From NCBI GenBank assembly GCA_045863235.1, contig BTUM01000015.1, forward strand, positions 32,001 through 96,000: a DNA stretch of 64,000 bases. Direction: 5' to 3'. The translations under genes and the position numbers were made by a program. Below the pieces are notes generated by a model. That model had not been told where the DNA came from, did no database searches, and worked only from the letters and a program-made list of their open reading frames with translations. The first letter of the stretch is position 1, and every line of letters starts with the position of its first letter. Shown in pieces: positions 8,528 to 18,044 of this stretch. This stretch comes from Candidatus Xenobia bacterium (lineage in GTDB: Bacteria; Vulcanimicrobiota; Xenobia; Xenobiales; QWHO01).

Positions 8528-9421
8528 ATGGACGGACTGTTGTCAGCGCTGCAAGCAAACTGGGGAGGCTCGGGACCGGCCCTGCAAGATCCAGGGACTT
8601 TGAGCGGACTGCTCTCGCTGGTGCGCCTCTGGCAGGCCGGTGAGCTCGACCTGGAAGAGGTGCTCACCTCGCTTGAAGAGGTCACTCGCAACACCGCCGA
8701 GGCCATCCGGGAGACCAGAGCCGATCTCGAGGAGCCACTGGCCCAGGAGCTGGCTGAAGGCCTGGCTGAGTTGGAGGGCGTGTTTCTCGAGATCGAGAGC
8801 GAGCTGGCTTCGTTGCTGGAGTGCCTCGAGCATGAGCCGGGCTCGGTCGACCTGACCAACCTCACCAGCTGCCAGCAGCGGCTGAGCGAGTGCGCTCGCT
8901 TCTTGCAAGAGTGGGCCGAGGCTCCGGTGCCGCGCTGCCTGCGTTGCGGCTCGCGCGACGCCAGCATGCGCTGCCAGGCCTGCGGTCTGGACTGTCTGAT
9001 CCCCGTGCCTCCCAGCGAGGAGGATGATGTCAGCGGGGCCTATCTCAGCCCTGAGTATTTGGAGCTCTACCGAGCCTATCGCGCTGTCATGGATGGGGAA
9101 GGTCCCCTGGCGCCGATGCTGGCCCGGCTGGGCCCGCTGGAGACCAGCCTGGCCCCCCTCGAGCGCCTGGCCCGCATGACCGGGTCGCCCATCCTGGGCG
9201 AGGTGGAGCGCAGCCTGAACGGCATCCAGCAGATGCGCCGGGTGACCTCCAGCCGGCTGGCCAGCGACCTGAGCCAGGGCTGGGAGCAGGTCTTTCAGGG
9301 TGCGCTCGGGCTCAAGAGCCTCATGCCCCAGCTGTTGCGCGAGCAGGGCCTGGAGGAAGAGGCCCGCCGACTCGAGCAGGACCAGCGCTCATCGGACGGC
9401 ATCTCGCTCGGGTTGCGCTGA
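8528..9421 (+). CDS. Helical hypothetical protein with central zinc ribbon
   Basis: GAGGAGG RBS; CLRCG...CQACG. Confidence 0.8.
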   Translation: MDGLLSALQANWGGSGPALQDPGTLSGLLSLVRLWQAGELDLEEVLTSLEEVTRNTAEAIRETRADLEEPLAQELAEGLAELEGVFLEIESELASLLECLEHEPGSVDLTNLTSCQQRLSECARFLQEWAEAPVPRCLRCGSRDASMRCQACGLDCLIPVPPSEEDDVSGAYLSPEYLELYRAYRAVMDGEGPLAPMLARLGPLETSLAPLERLARMTGSPILGEVERSLNGIQQMRRVTSSRLASDLSQGWEQVFQGALGLKSLMPQLLREQGLEEEARRLEQDQRSSDGISLGLR

Positions 9422-9487
9422 CTCCCGCCCCGCCCGCGGCCCCGCTCGGCCGCGGACGGGCGGAAGACTGTCGACCGCTCGCTGAGT

Positions 9488-11593
9488 TTACTTGAAGAGC
9501 GGCCCCAGCAGAGGGGCCAGAACCGCCTTCTTGTCGGCGATGACCGTCTGCCAGTCGTCCTGCAAGAGACCGCCTGTGTCGGTCGAGTTCGGGTTCCAGG
9601 ACCAGTAGGTGAAGCTGATCCCGTTGCTCTGCATGTAGCCCGTCAGGGTGGTCAGCCACTGCCGGTCGAGCTGGGTCTGATAGCGGGTGCCGAACTCACC
9701 CACCAGCACGGGGGCAAGGTTCTGCTTGACCAGGTAACCCCAGCATTCATCCCACAGAGGAGCCAGGTTGTTGGGGTATCCGGACTGGCTGAACCAGACC
9801 TGGTTGTAGACCGAGGCCGGATAGTCGTGGGTGGAGTACACCACCCGCCTGGGTACGTTGAGCACGACCGGATGGCTGCCGGCCGCCTTCAGGTTGCCGC
9901 CCCACCAGTAGTTGCGTCCCCCGGCCGTCTCCACGCCCTCCACGATGATCAGGAGATTGGGATTGACGGCCAGGATCCGATTTCCGGCCCTCTGGGCGGC
10001 CAGTCGCCAGTCGGTGGCCAGGTTGCCCGATCCCCAGCTGGCCTGACCGTGCGGCTCATTGTGGAGGTCGAAGCCGATCACGGTAGGGTTGCCCTGGTAG
10101 CGTCGGGCCAGCATCTCGAAGTCACTGATCCAGCGCTCCTCGGAGATGGCCGAGGTATACCACAGCTCGCTCTGGCTGTCCCCGGTCGGGCGATGGCGGT
10201 CCAGGATGACCTTCATTCCGTGGTACTGAGCCCGAGCGATGATGCGATCCATGATCTCCAGTGAGCTCTTGCCCACCAGATCGGGGTTGAGGGCGTAGTT
10301 GATGGTGCCGGGCCGGCTGGAAGCGTCCAGCATCTGGTTGCAGAAGGGCAGTCGGATGCAGTTGTAGCCCTCCTGAGCCATCTGGTCGACCATGGAGTTG
10401 AGCGAGCGCGCCCACAGTCCGTGCGGGCCAAAGTCGCTGGTTTCCAGTCCGAACCAGTTGACCCCGGTCAGCCGCACGGTGCGACCCTGCTCATCCACGA
10501 TGCGGGCGCCATCGGTGTGGAAATACCCCGCTCCGACCGCCGCCCCACCGGTGGTGGTTCCCCCGGTGGTGCCGCCCGAGGTCGTGCCCCCGGTGGTGGT
10601 TCCCCCGGTGGTGCCGCCCGAGGTCGTGCCTCCGGTGGTCGTTCCTCCGGTGATGCCGCCCGAGGTCGTGCCTCCGGTGGTGGTTCCTCCGGTGGCTCCC
10701 ACCAGACTCACTCCCAGAGAGCTCACCCCACCAGGGGTGCCCTGGAATCCGAAGCTGACGGAGCTTCCGGCTTTGACCACGCGGTTGTACTCCACCGACC
10801 CGAATCGGTAGACGCTGCCTGTGCGGCTGATCGACCGGGCGTTCCAGCTGTTGGTCACGGTGCCCGCGAAGGTCACGTCCACCTGCCAGTCCAGCAAGTC
10901 GGCAGGCCCGGGATTGATGATCTCCACCGTGCCCACGAAGCCCGATCCCCAGTCGTCGTCGGTACGCCAGCGCACGGTGGGGGTCGTTCCCGTCCCACCC
11001 GTGCTCGACGTGCCACCGGTCGTGCCCCCGGAAGTCGTGCCGCCCGTGCTGCCGCTCGTTGTGCCACCGGTCGTGCCCCCGGAAGTCGAGCCGCCCGTGG
11101 TTCCGCTCGTCGTCGTGCCACCCGTGGTCGTGGTGGATGGGGTGTCACCTGTCAGCCGGTAGTTGCCGGGGGCCGCCAGGTTCCCCGGGGTTCCCTGGAA
11201 GCCGAACCTGACCGTCCCCCTCGGCTCGATCCAGGCATTGTAGCTTTCTCCCCGCACGACCACGCGCTGGCCCTGGCGAGAGACGATGCGACCGTTCCAC
11301 ATCGCGCTGATCGCGTGGTTGAAGTCGAAGGCCAGTCTCCAGTTGTTGATGCGCTGGTCAGTCAGGTTGGCGATCTCGATTTCGGCCACATAGCCCTGGC
11401 CCCAGTCCGAGCCGGGCTTGAAGCTCACCCGATACTCCGCGCCCGCTAAAACACGGAGTTGCTCTGATTGTGTTGACTGGGAGGCCCCGGTCACGGTAGG
11501 ATCCACACCACCCCCGCCCTCAGCGATCGACTCGGGCCCAGCGCCCGAGCAGCCGATCAGCCAGAGGCACACGATCAGAGACCAGATGCGCAC
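9488..11593 (-). CDS. GH5 endoglucanase (cellulase) lipoprotein with two N-terminal CBM2 modules
   Basis: Lipobox WLIGC; two CBM2 (DWGxG..., WN, FGFQG); Thr/Gly linkers; GH5 GVNWFGLET, HNEP acid/base, GEFG nucleophile, WSWNPNSxDTGG. Confidence 0.95.
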   Translation of the reverse strand: MRIWSLIVCLWLIGCSGAGPESIAEGGGGVDPTVTGASQSTQSEQLRVLAGAEYRVSFKPGSDWGQGYVAEIEIANLTDQRINNWRLAFDFNHAISAMWNGRIVSRQGQRVVVRGESYNAWIEPRGTVRFGFQGTPGNLAAPGNYRLTGDTPSTTTTGGTTTSGTTGGSTSGGTTGGTTSGSTGGTTSGGTTGGTSSTGGTGTTPTVRWRTDDDWGSGFVGTVEIINPGPADLLDWQVDVTFAGTVTNSWNARSISRTGSVYRFGSVEYNRVVKAGSSVSFGFQGTPGGVSSLGVSLVGATGGTTTGGTTSGGITGGTTTGGTTSGGTTGGTTTGGTTSGGTTGGTTTGGAAVGAGYFHTDGARIVDEQGRTVRLTGVNWFGLETSDFGPHGLWARSLNSMVDQMAQEGYNCIRLPFCNQMLDASSRPGTINYALNPDLVGKSSLEIMDRIIARAQYHGMKVILDRHRPTGDSQSELWYTSAISEERWISDFEMLARRYQGNPTVIGFDLHNEPHGQASWGSGNLATDWRLAAQRAGNRILAVNPNLLIIVEGVETAGGRNYWWGGNLKAAGSHPVVLNVPRRVVYSTHDYPASVYNQVWFSQSGYPNNLAPLWDECWGYLVKQNLAPVLVGEFGTRYQTQLDRQWLTTLTGYMQSNGISFTYWSWNPNSTDTGGLLQDDWQTVIADKKAVLAPLLGPLFK
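10548..10696. repeat. About 3.5 copies of a 42-bp coding tandem repeat (GGTTTGGTTSGGTT linker)
   Basis: Units start at 10548, 10590, 10632, 10674; a related looser repeat lies near 11000-11135. Confidence 0.85.
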
Positions 11594-11713
11594 GAGTGCG
11601 TACCTCTCTTTCTGAGCCTGTGAAGGCAGGATGCCCTCAAGACCGGACGGGGCCCGCCAGGAGTTCCCCGGTCGCCGAGGAATCTCGCCCAACTTCCCTG
11701 GAGGTCGTTTCAG

Positions 11714-12568
11714 TTGCTTAACCTGCGTTGCATCCTGGTGATCCTCTGTCTCACGCTGGCGGGCCTGGCTCAGGACCAGCGCCAGATCCTCTTGCTGCCG
11801 GTGGCCATGCTGGGCGACTACCAGCCTGGTTCGGGTCAGGAGTTCACTCAGGACCTGATCACCGACACCGCCCGCATGGCTCCCAACGCCAAGCTGGTTC
11901 TGGCTCGCCCCGCTGACCTGGCGGGCTTGCAGTATCAGGCCCAGGACCAGCCCCCCAGCAGCGAGGAGGCGGCTCGCCTGTGCTCGGCATACTCCACCAC
12001 CAACGCGGTCTGGCTGCAGTGTCGCTTCACTCCGGAGTATCAGCCCCCGGTCGGGGGGCAGCCCGGAGTGCTGACCGTGGCAGGAGGCGCTCGTTTCTGG
12101 GCATTTCGGGCCTCGGACCGCAAGGTGGTCATCGACCAGCCGCTCTCGGTGGTGCGCAGCACGGTGGTTCCTGTGGGCACCGACGATGCCACTCTGGCCG
12201 GCCTGACCCAGAAGCTCAACAGCCAGTGCATGAACCAGCTGGCCCAGCAGGTCATCACCGTGGCCCAGCAGCAGTCAGCCCAACAGCGGACGGCCCGCTG
12301 GGGAGCCCCCGACCCGGCCGCCACCGGCTTCAGTGCCGCGTATCAGGCCATGGCCGCCAGCATCCAGCGTTACCAGCAGGACGTGAATGAGGGCGACCTG
12401 ATCGGCACCACCGATACCCAGCGCCAATGCCTGACCAACTGGCGCGCTCTGAGCGCCAACGACCAGGCGCTGATCGAGAAGAACTATCCCGGCACCACCC
12501 AGTGGATGGAGGGCGGCGTTTACTACGACGTGGGCTACCCCTACTACTATGGCGGCCGGCGCCGATAG
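11714..12568 (+). CDS. Exported hypothetical protein (Gln-rich)
   Basis: GGAGG RBS, TTG start, signal peptide, Tyr/Gly tail. Confidence 0.8.
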   Translation: MLNLRCILVILCLTLAGLAQDQRQILLLPVAMLGDYQPGSGQEFTQDLITDTARMAPNAKLVLARPADLAGLQYQAQDQPPSSEEAARLCSAYSTTNAVWLQCRFTPEYQPPVGGQPGVLTVAGGARFWAFRASDRKVVIDQPLSVVRSTVVPVGTDDATLAGLTQKLNSQCMNQLAQQVITVAQQQSAQQRTARWGAPDPAATGFSAAYQAMAASIQRYQQDVNEGDLIGTTDTQRQCLTNWRALSANDQALIEKNYPGTTQWMEGGVYYDVGYPYYYGGRRR

Positions 12569-12659
12569 GGTTCCGGCCGGGCCCTCTTCTTCAAAAAGTC
12601 ACAGGAAATTGATCGGCACGGCTGTTGCGGCCGGGTCATGAGCAAGCGAGGAGGCTCCC

Positions 12660-15600
12660 ATGGAAACGGCCCTTTTGGAAACCCACAAAGACCAGCTCGA
12701 ACCCATTCCCCAGCCCCCCAAGCGCCTGTTGGTGGGCAACTTGAACGAGCTGACCTCCGGCCCCACGCCCTTCGAAGCGATGTGCCGACTGGCCGACGAA
12801 TATGGCCCCCTGTTTCAGCTGGAGGTCGGGGGCAATCGCATCATCATCGCCTCCAGCTTCGAGCTGGCAGACGAGCTGTGTGACACCAAGCGCTTCGACA
12901 AAGGCATCGGGCCCGGCCTCAAGCAGGTGCGCATCCTCAATTCAGAAGGACTTTTCTCGTCCTATACCCACGAGGCCCACTGGCGCAAAGCCCACAACAT
13001 CCTGTTGCCCAACTTCTCGCATGCGGCCATGAAGCGTTACGTCCCGGCCATGCTCGACATGGCCAACCAGCTGGTCGAGAAATGGGAACTTGCCGCGGCC
13101 GAGGGCCACGAGGTCAACGTGCCCGAAGACATGACCCGGCTCACCCTGGATACCATCGGTTTGTGCGGGTTCGACTATCGCTTCGACTCCTTCAAGCACG
13201 ATCAGCCCCACCCGTTCGTGCAGGCCATGATGAATTTCCTCAGTGCCATGCAGGAAAACGCTCGGCGTCCCGCCCTGGTGAACAAGATGATGGTGCTCAA
13301 ACAGCGCCAGCTTCGCAAGGACAGCCAGTTCATCAACTCCTACGTGGACAACATCGTGGCTGAGCGCAAGAAACAGCCCGATCAGTCCGGCAAGAACGAC
13401 CTGTTGAGCTTCATGCTCAACGGGGTCGATCGCGAGTCGGGCGAGAAACTGACCGACAGCGTCATCCGGGCCAACATCGTCACCTTCTTGATCGCCGGCC
13501 ACGAGACCACCAGCGGTCTGTTGTCCTTCGCCATCTACGAGCTCTTGCGCCATCCCGCGGTGCTGGCCAAAGCTTATCAGGAGGTGGATCGGGTTCTGGG
13601 GCCCCAGCCAGATTTCACCCAGATTCATGAGCTGCAGTACATCCTGCAGATCTTGAAGGAAACGTTGCGATTCTGGCCCACCGCCCCGGTCTTCTCGCTG
13701 ACCCCCTACGAGGACACGGTGATCGGCGGGAAGTACTTCATTCCCAGGGGCCAGCCCGTGCAGTTGCTGCTGACCAAAGTGCACCGAGACCCCAAGATCT
13801 GGGGTCCCCACGCCAACGAGTTCAATCCCGACAACTTCGCTCCTGAGCTGGAGGAGAAGCGCCCCGCCAACGCCTTCAAAGCCTTCGGCAACGGTCAGCG
13901 AGCCTGCATCGGGCGTCAGTTCGCCCTGCAGGAGGCCATGCTGGTGCTGGGCATGCTGCTGTCCCGCTTCAAGTTCGTTGACTTCGAGCACTACCAGATG
14001 CACCTCAAGCAGAGCCTGACCATCAAGCCGGGCGACTTCAAGATCAAACTCGAGCGGCGTCCCGAGCGAAAGAGCGTAACCCCGGTCAAGCAGGCCGAGC
14101 AGCCCGAGACGCCGGTGGAGAAGCCGGTGGCGGTGGCGGCCCACAACACCCCCCTGCTGGTGCTCTTCGGCTCCAACATGGGCTCGGCCGAGGCTTTCGC
14201 TCACCTGGTGGGCGAGGACGGCGGCGACCGGGGATACCGGGCCACCGTGGCCAGCCTGGACGAGTACGTCGGCAAGCTCCCCACCGAGGGCGTGGTGCTG
14301 ATCGTGACCTCCACCTACAACGGCCAACCGCCCGACAACGCGGTTCATTTCGTGGAATGGCTCAAGGGCGAGCAGAAGTCCCTCAAAGGCGTGCGCTACG
14401 CCGTGATGGGCTGCGGTAATCGCGACTGGGCCAGCTCGTTTCAGGCTGTTCCCAAGCTGATCGACAGCCGGCTGGAGGAGCTGGGAGCCGAGCGAGTGCT
14501 GGCCCGAGGAGAAGCCGACGCGCGGGGCGACTTCGATGGGCAGTTTCAGAAGTGGTATCGACCCGTGTGGACCTCGCTGGCCGAGAAACTGGGGCTGGAT
14601 CAGGCCTCGGCCGCCGCGCAAGCGCGGGGCGACCAGTATGAGGTCGAGTTCCTGGAGGAGCCGCGCGACAATCCCTTCGTGGCTTCGTTTGGAGCCCGTC
14701 CCATGACCGTGGTCGAGAATCATCCCCTGTACCAAGGCGAGCGCAGCGCCCGCCATATCGAGCTGGTGCTGCCCGAAGGGGTGGACTACCAGCCCGGGGA
14801 CCATCTGGGGGTGATCCCCCGCAACGCCGACAGCCTGGTCAAGCGGGTGGCCGATCGTTTTCGGATCGATCCCAAGGCCCGCCTGCGCATCAAGCAGAAG
14901 GCGGGCTCGCGCACGGTGCTGCCGGTGGACCGGGTGGTTTCGTTAAGCCATCTTCTGAGTGAGTACGTCGAGCTGCAGGACGTGGCCACCCGGGCCCAGC
15001 TCGAAGCTCTGGCAGCCCACACCGAGTGCCCTCCTTCCAAACTCGCCCTCAAGGCCCTGGCGGCCGAGGACGCGGCTTACGATGAGGGGGTGCGACAGAA
15101 AGGCCGCTCGGTGCTCGACCTGCTGGAAGAGCATCGCTCCGTGGAGCTACCCTTCAACGTCTTCCTGGAGATGTTGCCGCCGCTCCGGCCGCGCTACTAC
15201 TCCATCTCCTCCTCGCCCCAGGCGGGCGACCGTATCTTGAGCCTCACCGTGGGCGTGCTCGATCAGCCGGCCCGCAGCGGCCACGGGCGCTTCCAGGGGG
15301 CTTGCTCCAACTACCTGGCCCGTACCCCCAGAGGACAGACGGTGTATGCTTTCGTCCGGGCCAACCCGGCTTTTCACATGCCCGAGTCGCCGGCCACGCC
15401 CCTCCTGATGGTGGGCCCCGGCACAGGTCTGGCCGCCTTCCGGGGCTTCCTGCAGGAGCGAGCCGTGCAGAAGGCCCAGGGGCAGGAGCTGGGCCCGGCT
15501 CTGCTCTTCTTTGGCTGCCGCCATCCCGAGCAGGATTTTCTTTACCAGGATGAGCTCGAGGAGTACGCCCGCGAGGGGATCAACGAACTGGTAGTGGCCT

Positions 15601-15860
15601 ACTCGCGGGTGGATCCCAACCGTAAGGTCTACGTGCAACACAAGCTGGCCGAGATGAAGGAGCGGGTGTGGGAGCTCTTGCAGCAGGGAGGCGTGATCTA
15701 TGTGTGTGGCGACGCGGCCCACATGGCTCCCGACGTGCGCTCCGCCCTGGCCGCGCTGTACCGGGAGAAGACCGGCCAGGGCGAGGCCGAGGCGGAGAAG
15801 TGGCTGCAGGAGCTGGCGGCTTCCAACCGTTACCGGCTGGACGTCTGGGCTGCGAGCTAA
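12660..15860 (+). CDS. Bifunctional cytochrome P450/NADPH-P450 reductase (CYP102A, BM3-type)
   Basis: AGHETT, ETLR, FGNGQRACIG heme motif; flavodoxin GSNMGSAE; RYYSISSS, GPGTGLA, FGCR, YVCGD, C-terminal DVWA. Confidence 0.97.
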   Translation: METALLETHKDQLEPIPQPPKRLLVGNLNELTSGPTPFEAMCRLADEYGPLFQLEVGGNRIIIASSFELADELCDTKRFDKGIGPGLKQVRILNSEGLFSSYTHEAHWRKAHNILLPNFSHAAMKRYVPAMLDMANQLVEKWELAAAEGHEVNVPEDMTRLTLDTIGLCGFDYRFDSFKHDQPHPFVQAMMNFLSAMQENARRPALVNKMMVLKQRQLRKDSQFINSYVDNIVAERKKQPDQSGKNDLLSFMLNGVDRESGEKLTDSVIRANIVTFLIAGHETTSGLLSFAIYELLRHPAVLAKAYQEVDRVLGPQPDFTQIHELQYILQILKETLRFWPTAPVFSLTPYEDTVIGGKYFIPRGQPVQLLLTKVHRDPKIWGPHANEFNPDNFAPELEEKRPANAFKAFGNGQRACIGRQFALQEAMLVLGMLLSRFKFVDFEHYQMHLKQSLTIKPGDFKIKLERRPERKSVTPVKQAEQPETPVEKPVAVAAHNTPLLVLFGSNMGSAEAFAHLVGEDGGDRGYRATVASLDEYVGKLPTEGVVLIVTSTYNGQPPDNAVHFVEWLKGEQKSLKGVRYAVMGCGNRDWASSFQAVPKLIDSRLEELGAERVLARGEADARGDFDGQFQKWYRPVWTSLAEKLGLDQASAAAQARGDQYEVEFLEEPRDNPFVASFGARPMTVVENHPLYQGERSARHIELVLPEGVDYQPGDHLGVIPRNADSLVKRVADRFRIDPKARLRIKQKAGSRTVLPVDRVVSLSHLLSEYVELQDVATRAQLEALAAHTECPPSKLALKALAAEDAAYDEGVRQKGRSVLDLLEEHRSVELPFNVFLEMLPPLRPRYYSISSSPQAGDRILSLTVGVLDQPARSGHGRFQGACSNYLARTPRGQTVYAFVRANPAFHMPESPATPLLMVGPGTGLAAFRGFLQERAVQKAQGQELGPALLFFGCRHPEQDFLYQDELEEYAREGINELVVAYSRVDPNRKVYVQHKLAEMKERVWELLQQGGVIYVCGDAAHMAPDVRSALAALYREKTGQGEAEAEKWLQELAASNRYRLDVWAAS

Positions 15861-15871
15861 AATGCTCGCCT

Positions 15872-16618
15872 TTAGACCCGCTCGATCAGCCGGCGGGCCG
15901 CCTGCAGGATGGCCTCGGGACCTGTCTCGAGCAGGCAGTCGACGCTGCTGAGCCAGCCCGCCTCGCTGCAGGCGGCCACCAGCTCGCCCGGCCAGCAGAG
16001 CCCCAACGCTCCCACTGTCAGCAGGCGCCCGTCCGAGCGGCGCAGCGAGTCTTCCCAGGCGGTCAGCCGCAGGGGTTGCAGCTCGACCGGCACCAGCAGC
16101 TCGCAGCCCGGCAGGTGGGCCAGAAGCGCAATGCATGTGGCTGCATCCGGTCCGGTGCAGCTGAGCGTCAGTGAGGGAGGGCCGGGCGCGCGGATCAGCC
16201 GGGTAGGGTAGGGGAAGGGCTCGGCGCAGCTGTCCAGGCCCAGCTCGAGCTGCAGCGGCTGCTCGAGCAGCTCGGGGGGCTCGTAGAGCACCACCGTCTG
16301 CTCGTCCTCGCGGGCGGCCGTCAGCAGGATCGACTCGGCATCGTGCAGCGGGCTCAGGCAGAGCACCCGCACTTGAGGCAGCCCGGCCAGCGCTCCCAGG
16401 GCGGCCAGTTGGGAGGTGCGCACCACCAGCCTGCCCGGACCCTCGCCCAGGGCTCGCAGCAATCGATCGAGGGGATCGCGAGGGCGAACGACAGGCGCCG
16501 CCAGCACGTCCAGGTGCACCACCAGCGTTCGCGTGCTTTCGCGCAGACTGGCCTCGGCTCGAGCCAGACCCGCCCGAAGCGGCTCGCCATGCGCGCTGGT
16601 TCCAGGAACCTGGTTCAA
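15872..16618 (-). CDS. Degenerate transketolase C-terminal / 2-oxoacid dehydrogenase E1-beta-like protein
   Basis: GGAGGAG RBS plus TTG; remnants LVVRT, VVLYEP, LQPL...SLRRSDGRLLTV...GELVA, EAILQAARRL. Confidence 0.55.
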   Translation of the reverse strand: MNQVPGTSAHGEPLRAGLARAEASLRESTRTLVVHLDVLAAPVVRPRDPLDRLLRALGEGPGRLVVRTSQLAALGALAGLPQVRVLCLSPLHDAESILLTAAREDEQTVVLYEPPELLEQPLQLELGLDSCAEPFPYPTRLIRAPGPPSLTLSCTGPDAATCIALLAHLPGCELLVPVELQPLRLTAWEDSLRRSDGRLLTVGALGLCWPGELVAACSEAGWLSSVDCLLETGPEAILQAARRLIERV

Positions 16619-16636
16619 AGTCTCCTCCCGAAACGA

Positions 16637-16664
16637 AGAATCCCCCGCCGGGGCGGGGGATTCT
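16637..16664 (-). terminator. GC-rich hairpin after the thioredoxin-family gene
   Basis: AGAATCCCCCGCC/GGCGGGGGATTCT inverted repeat, weak U tail on minus strand. Confidence 0.6.
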
Positions 16665-16689
16665 CGATCGATAGCCCCGCCGGGAGAAA

Positions 16690-17139
16690 CTACTTCTTCT
16701 TGAGCATCTTCTCGGCGTTCTTGGTCCACACCGAGGGACCGCCCTGGTCGTAGCCGTACTGGCCCAGCACGTCCCCCTTGGCGTTCACGAACAGAATGGT
16801 GGGGTAGCCCTCGATCCCGTACTTCTCCGACAGAGCCGCATTCTGCTTCTTCAGCTCGGCGCTCTGGGGCTTGCTCTGGGGAAAGTCGATCTCCAGCAGG
16901 ACCACGTTCTTCTTGGCCCAGGCCGCGAATTCCGGTGTATCGAAGACCTCTTTCTTCAGCTTGATGCACCAGCCGCACCAGTCGCTGCCGGTGAAGTCGA
17001 TCAGGATCGGTTTACCCGACTTCTTGGACTGCTTGGCCGCTTCGTCCCAGGAGGTCAGCCAGTCTCCCTCGGCGCGCGCGGTGGCGCCCAAGAGCAAGCT
17101 CAGGCTCAAGGTCAGGACTATGACAGACAGCTTGCGCAT
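16690..17139 (-). CDS. Exported thioredoxin family protein
   Basis: AAAGGAG RBS, signal peptide, FTGSDWCGWC, GYPT cis-Pro motif. Confidence 0.93.
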   Translation of the reverse strand: MRKLSVIVLTLSLSLLLGATARAEGDWLTSWDEAAKQSKKSGKPILIDFTGSDWCGWCIKLKKEVFDTPEFAAWAKKNVVLLEIDFPQSKPQSAELKKQNAALSEKYGIEGYPTILFVNAKGDVLGQYGYDQGGPSVWTKNAEKMLKKK

Positions 17140-17241
17140 ACGTTTTGTATCGTCTCCTTTGGTTGTTCCGGCCTTCGTTTTCGGCACCTTGGGTCGGCCC
17201 CCTGTTCAACCGGCGGGGGGTCGAAGAGTTTCGCCCTGAAG

Positions 17242-17553
17242 TCAGACCTGAACCTGGACCTTGCCGTTCTCGACTCGGGTGGGGTAGGCGCGCACACACT
17301 CGCCCGGAATGTCCAGGCACTCGCCGGTGTCGACGTTGAACTGCCAACCGTGCCAGGGGCAGCTCACGACCCCCCCGCCGTCCAGATCGCCCTCGCCCAG
17401 CGGCCCTCCCTGGTGACAGCACTCGTCATCCAGAGCCTTCACCTGGCCACCGTGCAGAAACAGCGCGTAAACGTGGCCGTCGGGCCCCTTGATGCTTTTG
17501 CCCTGGCCTTCGGTCAGCTGATCCAGGGCCACCAGCTCAATCCACTCACTCAT
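17242..17553 (-). CDS. Rieske [2Fe-2S] ferredoxin
   Basis: CCHQGGPLGEG...CPWHGWQF. Confidence 0.93.
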   Translation of the reverse strand: MSEWIELVALDQLTEGQGKSIKGPDGHVYALFLHGGQVKALDDECCHQGGPLGEGDLDGGGVVSCPWHGWQFNVDTGECLDIPGECVRAYPTRVENGKVQVQV

Positions 17554-17697
17554 AGCGGGCCACGCGTTCGCAGCCGGAGCGCGGCCTCCCTGCCGGAACC
17601 TTGCTCCCGCGGTTGCTCGGGTCCGCCGGGGCCGAAAAGAGGAGTTCTGGCGCCTCTGGCAAAGGCCTCGACCAGCACAATAGTTGAGAAAAATTCT

Positions 17698-18033
17698 ATG
17701 TCGGGGGCTCCCACAATGGTTCACAACGTCGTCGCCACAACCTTTTACAAGCTCGAGTGCAACTGCTACCAGTGCAGCCGGCCGCTCGAGTGCTCGGTGT
17801 GCGATCTTCTCGAAGAGAATCCGTGGAAACTGGTCCCCGAGGAGCTGCGTCGGTTGCGCGACGAGCTTGTCTGCGAGCAGCTGGCCGGATCGGCCGGAGA
17901 AACAGGGGCGGCCGTTTGCCCCAACTGCGATCTGTTGGTAGGCTGCCACCATTGCCGGCTGGAGGCCCCGGTCCACCTGGAGCAGGTGGACGAGCGGGCC
18001 AGGCGGCGTCGGCCCGGTCGGTCGGCCGCCTGA
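17698..18033 (+). CDS. Small Cys-rich (10 Cys) putative zinc-binding protein
   Basis: CNCYQC, CSVC, CPNC, CHHC; start may be 17716. Confidence 0.7.
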   Translation: MSGAPTMVHNVVATTFYKLECNCYQCSRPLECSVCDLLEENPWKLVPEELRRLRDELVCEQLAGSAGETGAAVCPNCDLLVGCHHCRLEAPVHLEQVDERARRRRPGRSAA

Positions 18034-18044
18034 GTTCCGGCGGC

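Noticed and set aside
10548..11135. GGT/ACC-rich tandem repeats as a non-coding element
   Set aside because: They encode the Thr/Gly linkers of the cellulase
12942..14804. Long antisense ORFs (also 1223-2956, 20368-22143, 31415-33166, 41469-43460)
   Set aside because: Shadow ORFs opposite well-supported genes, expected in high-GC DNA
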